32,000 nt of DNA from Ginsengibacter sp. (GTDB lineage Bacteria; Bacteroidota; Bacteroidia; Chitinophagales; Chitinophagaceae): positions 57,736-89,735 of the forward strand of contig JBDTUZ010000023.1 in assembly GCA_040007435.1 (NCBI GenBank). Direction: 5' to 3'. The stretch's first letter is position 1, and each line of letters starts with the position of its first letter. Under the pieces are notes generated by a model. The model saw nothing but the letters and a program-made list of their open reading frames with translations. It did no database searches and was not told the DNA's origin. Of the stretch, positions 29,918-32,000 are shown piece after piece. The position numbers and the translations under genes were made by a program.

Positions 29918-30271
29918 AAATTTTTTTTAATAATTCTTTCTTTTTTGTAAAATAACCGACATCATATTTTTTTATCTGTCTATTTCTTTGCTGTAAAAAA
30001 AAGAAAATAAAAGCAATAACAATGAAGTCGTAATTGAAAGAATTGTTGAAAATGAGAAAGTATTGCTTTACATGTTTACTCCTCTCAATGTACATTCACA
30101 GAAATACAATCGGAAATGTCTAACAACACAAAGAAAAGCTTCGTGCCCTTTATGCCTTCGTGGGATAATATTAATTCTTCAAATTTAGATCACTGCATGA
30201 TTGTATAGTTGCTTAAAATATTGGAAATTTATTGTACTATTAAATATTTATAATTTAAAACAAAATCAATA

Positions 30272-30961
30272 ATGAAAGCAGCGATAGTAACAGGCGCCTC
30301 CGGAAATATGGGACAGGCAGTTGTAAGAAAATTTATAGATGAAGGATATTATGTGATTGGAACGGTAATACCTAATGATCCTGCGTCAATGGATTTTTCT
30401 CCAGATAAATTTGAAAAAGTAGTTGTAGATCTCATGAACGAAGATGATTCGCAAAAATTTGTTGATACAATTTTAAAAAAACACGAAAGTATTGACGCTG
30501 CAGTTTTAACAGTTGGCGGTTTTGCGATGGGAAAGATTACTGAAACAAAAACCTCAGACATAGCTAAACAATATAAATTGAATTTCGAAACTGCTTATAA
30601 TGTGGCAAGGCCTGTGTTTGTGCAGATGATGAAACAGAACACCGGGAGAATTTTTATCATTGGATCAAAGCCCGGCTTAGATGCGAAGAATGGAAAGGGA
30701 ATGGTTGCTTATGGCCTTGCCAAATCTCTTGTCTTCCGTTTGGCAGAACTAATGAATGATGAGGCCAAAGGAAAAAATGTTGTCACAAGTGTAGTAGTGC
30801 CGAGTACTATTGATACAGCGCCAAACCGAAAATCCATGCCTGACGCCAACTTTGATAACTGGGTAAAGCCTGAAGCCATTGCGGATGTTATCTACTGGCA
30901 TTGTACAAGTGAATCTTCTGCGCTGCGGGAACCTGTGCTGAAAGTTTACAATAATGCATAA
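30272..30961 (+). CDS. SDR-family NAD(P)-dependent oxidoreductase
   Basis: 229 aa. It has VTGASGNMGQAV and a YxxxK element (AYGLAKS). Confidence 0.8.
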   Translation: MKAAIVTGASGNMGQAVVRKFIDEGYYVIGTVIPNDPASMDFSPDKFEKVVVDLMNEDDSQKFVDTILKKHESIDAAVLTVGGFAMGKITETKTSDIAKQYKLNFETAYNVARPVFVQMMKQNTGRIFIIGSKPGLDAKNGKGMVAYGLAKSLVFRLAELMNDEAKGKNVVTSVVVPSTIDTAPNRKSMPDANFDNWVKPEAIADVIYWHCTSESSALREPVLKVYNNA

Positions 30962-31087
30962 GTTTTCACTACATAATTTCTCATAAGCCTATAGCAAAGG
31001 ATCGTGCAACCAAAACTTATTTCTTACTTTTTTTACTCCTATACTTTATTGCATTTGCATCGGCGCTCTTTATATACATTAAATTCA

Positions 31088-31270
31088 ATGAATGACAATA
31101 ATGCAACATTTGGTCACGATACCAATAAGATTACAATTATCAGGAGCGATTTTTCGCAAAAAGAATTTGCTTTGAAGAGTAAAGACGAAGTGGCAAAAGA
31201 TATTGGTGAAGCTGTAAATGAATTATGGCTGAAACGAAAAATGAATGGCAGGCCGCTAAATCTAAATTAA
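31088..31270 (+). CDS. Small hypothetical protein (60 aa)
   Basis: ATG at 31088 (MNDNNATFGHDTNK…). The track ORF begins at a GTG at 31004 with an implausible leader. The ORF ends 7 nt before the next gene. I recognise no family. Confidence 0.4.
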   Translation: MNDNNATFGHDTNKITIIRSDFSQKEFALKSKDEVAKDIGEAVNELWLKRKMNGRPLNLN

Positions 31271-31277
31271 CCGCCTA

Positions 31278-32000
31278 ATGAATATAAAAAAACTAACAGG
31301 AAAATTAGTTTGTTGCTTCTTACTTTGTATGCTAAATACAGCCGTTAGTTTTTGCCAGGAACCCGTAAAGTCTTTTGCACCCGGTATGTACACACCGGAT
31401 GAGTATGCAGCCCTTAGAAAAATTATTGGAAAGAATAAGAAAATACCTGCCGAATATGAAAAACAAATTCTCATAGCCCTAAGCTATTTTCCCAAACTAA
31501 CGGATATCCAAATCGTGTTCCGCTTTAAACATACCAATACATCATTTTCAACACGGCCAACGATCTTAAGTGTGTTTAGAAAAAGCTCCCGAAGAAAGTA
31601 TATCGTTACCATAAGCGATAGTTCTAAACAAATACTTGTTCCTCTTCAACTCAACAATTTAGACTACAATGCACAAATTGGAGTAATGGGACACGAACTA
31701 ACTCACGCGGCAGATTTTACCAATAAAAAAACTTTCGGTTTATTGCAGGTTGCTTTTGGTAATCTTTCCAATAAATATTTAGACAGGCTTGAGCGTAAAA
31801 CAGATAGCCTTTGCATTGCTCACGGGCTCGGCTACCAATTGCTGGCGTGGAGCAGTTTTATAAGAACCACTATGCATCGTGAAAACTGGACAGGCTCTGT
31901 TAATATAAATAAGGGCCCTATGCTGAGAGAAAAATACATGAACCCTTCGACGATCATAAACCAAATTGAATTGGAGCCGTTGTATGCAAATACAAAATAG
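31278..32000 (+). CDS. Secreted hypothetical protein with an HExxH zinc-metallopeptidase-type motif
   Basis: 240 aa with a signal peptide (…CCFLLCMLNTAVSFCQ). The HELTH motif lies at nt 31692-31706 within QIGVMGHELTHAADF. The stop codon TAG is at 31998-32000. Confidence 0.5.
   Translation: MNIKKLTGKLVCCFLLCMLNTAVSFCQEPVKSFAPGMYTPDEYAALRKIIGKNKKIPAEYEKQILIALSYFPKLTDIQIVFRFKHTNTSFSTRPTILSVFRKSSRRKYIVTISDSSKQILVPLQLNNLDYNAQIGVMGHELTHAADFTNKKTFGLLQVAFGNLSNKYLDRLERKTDSLCIAHGLGYQLLAWSSFIRTTMHRENWTGSVNINKGPMLREKYMNPSTIINQIELEPLYANTK

Noticed and set aside
29892-30095. 67-aa minus-strand ORF in the 354-nt gap after glycerate kinase
   Set aside because: It is Lys/Phe/Ile-rich and low in complexity, derived from A/T runs. 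It overlaps the 3' end of glycerate kinase and has no recognisable domain.
30139-30162. Short direct repeat cttcgtg…cttcgtg (gcttcgtgccctttatgccttcgtggg) in the intergenic region before the SDR gene
   Set aside because: Only 7 nt are repeated once. That is too short to distinguish from chance without genome-wide copy counts. I note it only because similar strings seem common in Bacteroidota intergenic DNA.

Overview
This is an AT-rich (roughly 60% A+T by eye) 32-kb chromosomal stretch. The proteins look like Bacteroidota, probably Chitinophagales or Sphingobacteriales. That placement is inferred from protein style and lipoprotein/signal peptides, not from a search. I can support about 29 protein-coding genes, 2-3 decayed gene fragments and a few small structured or repeat DNA elements. 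I see no rRNA, tRNA, CRISPR array, transposase or integrase. The content is mostly sugar and aromatic-compound metabolism. No canonical defence system is visible. The regions most worth a second look are: (1) A very compact minus-strand operon (10508-17763) encodes a GH88-like enzyme, a xylose-isomerase-like TIM barrel, a Gfo/Idh/MocA dehydrogenase, an SDR, a cytochrome-c-fused PQQ sugar dehydrogenase lipoprotein and an MFS permease. This is a candidate non-canonical sugar oxidation/elimination pathway. (2) A 766-aa fusion of an APH-type kinase domain with a class-III aminotransferase-fold domain (21768-24068) resembles hydroxylysine kinase plus phospho-lyase. It lies 52 nt downstream of a secreted LacZ-type beta-galactosidase. 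(3) A gene-decay patch (27312-28375) holds an orphan Imm33/DUF2185-like ORF. (4) A truncated DUF1016 gene carries two related palindromes. (5) A MITE-like inverted-repeat element built of small stem-TAAA-stem hairpins lies at 2140-2333. All functional calls rest on motif and family recognition by eye. No database search was possible.
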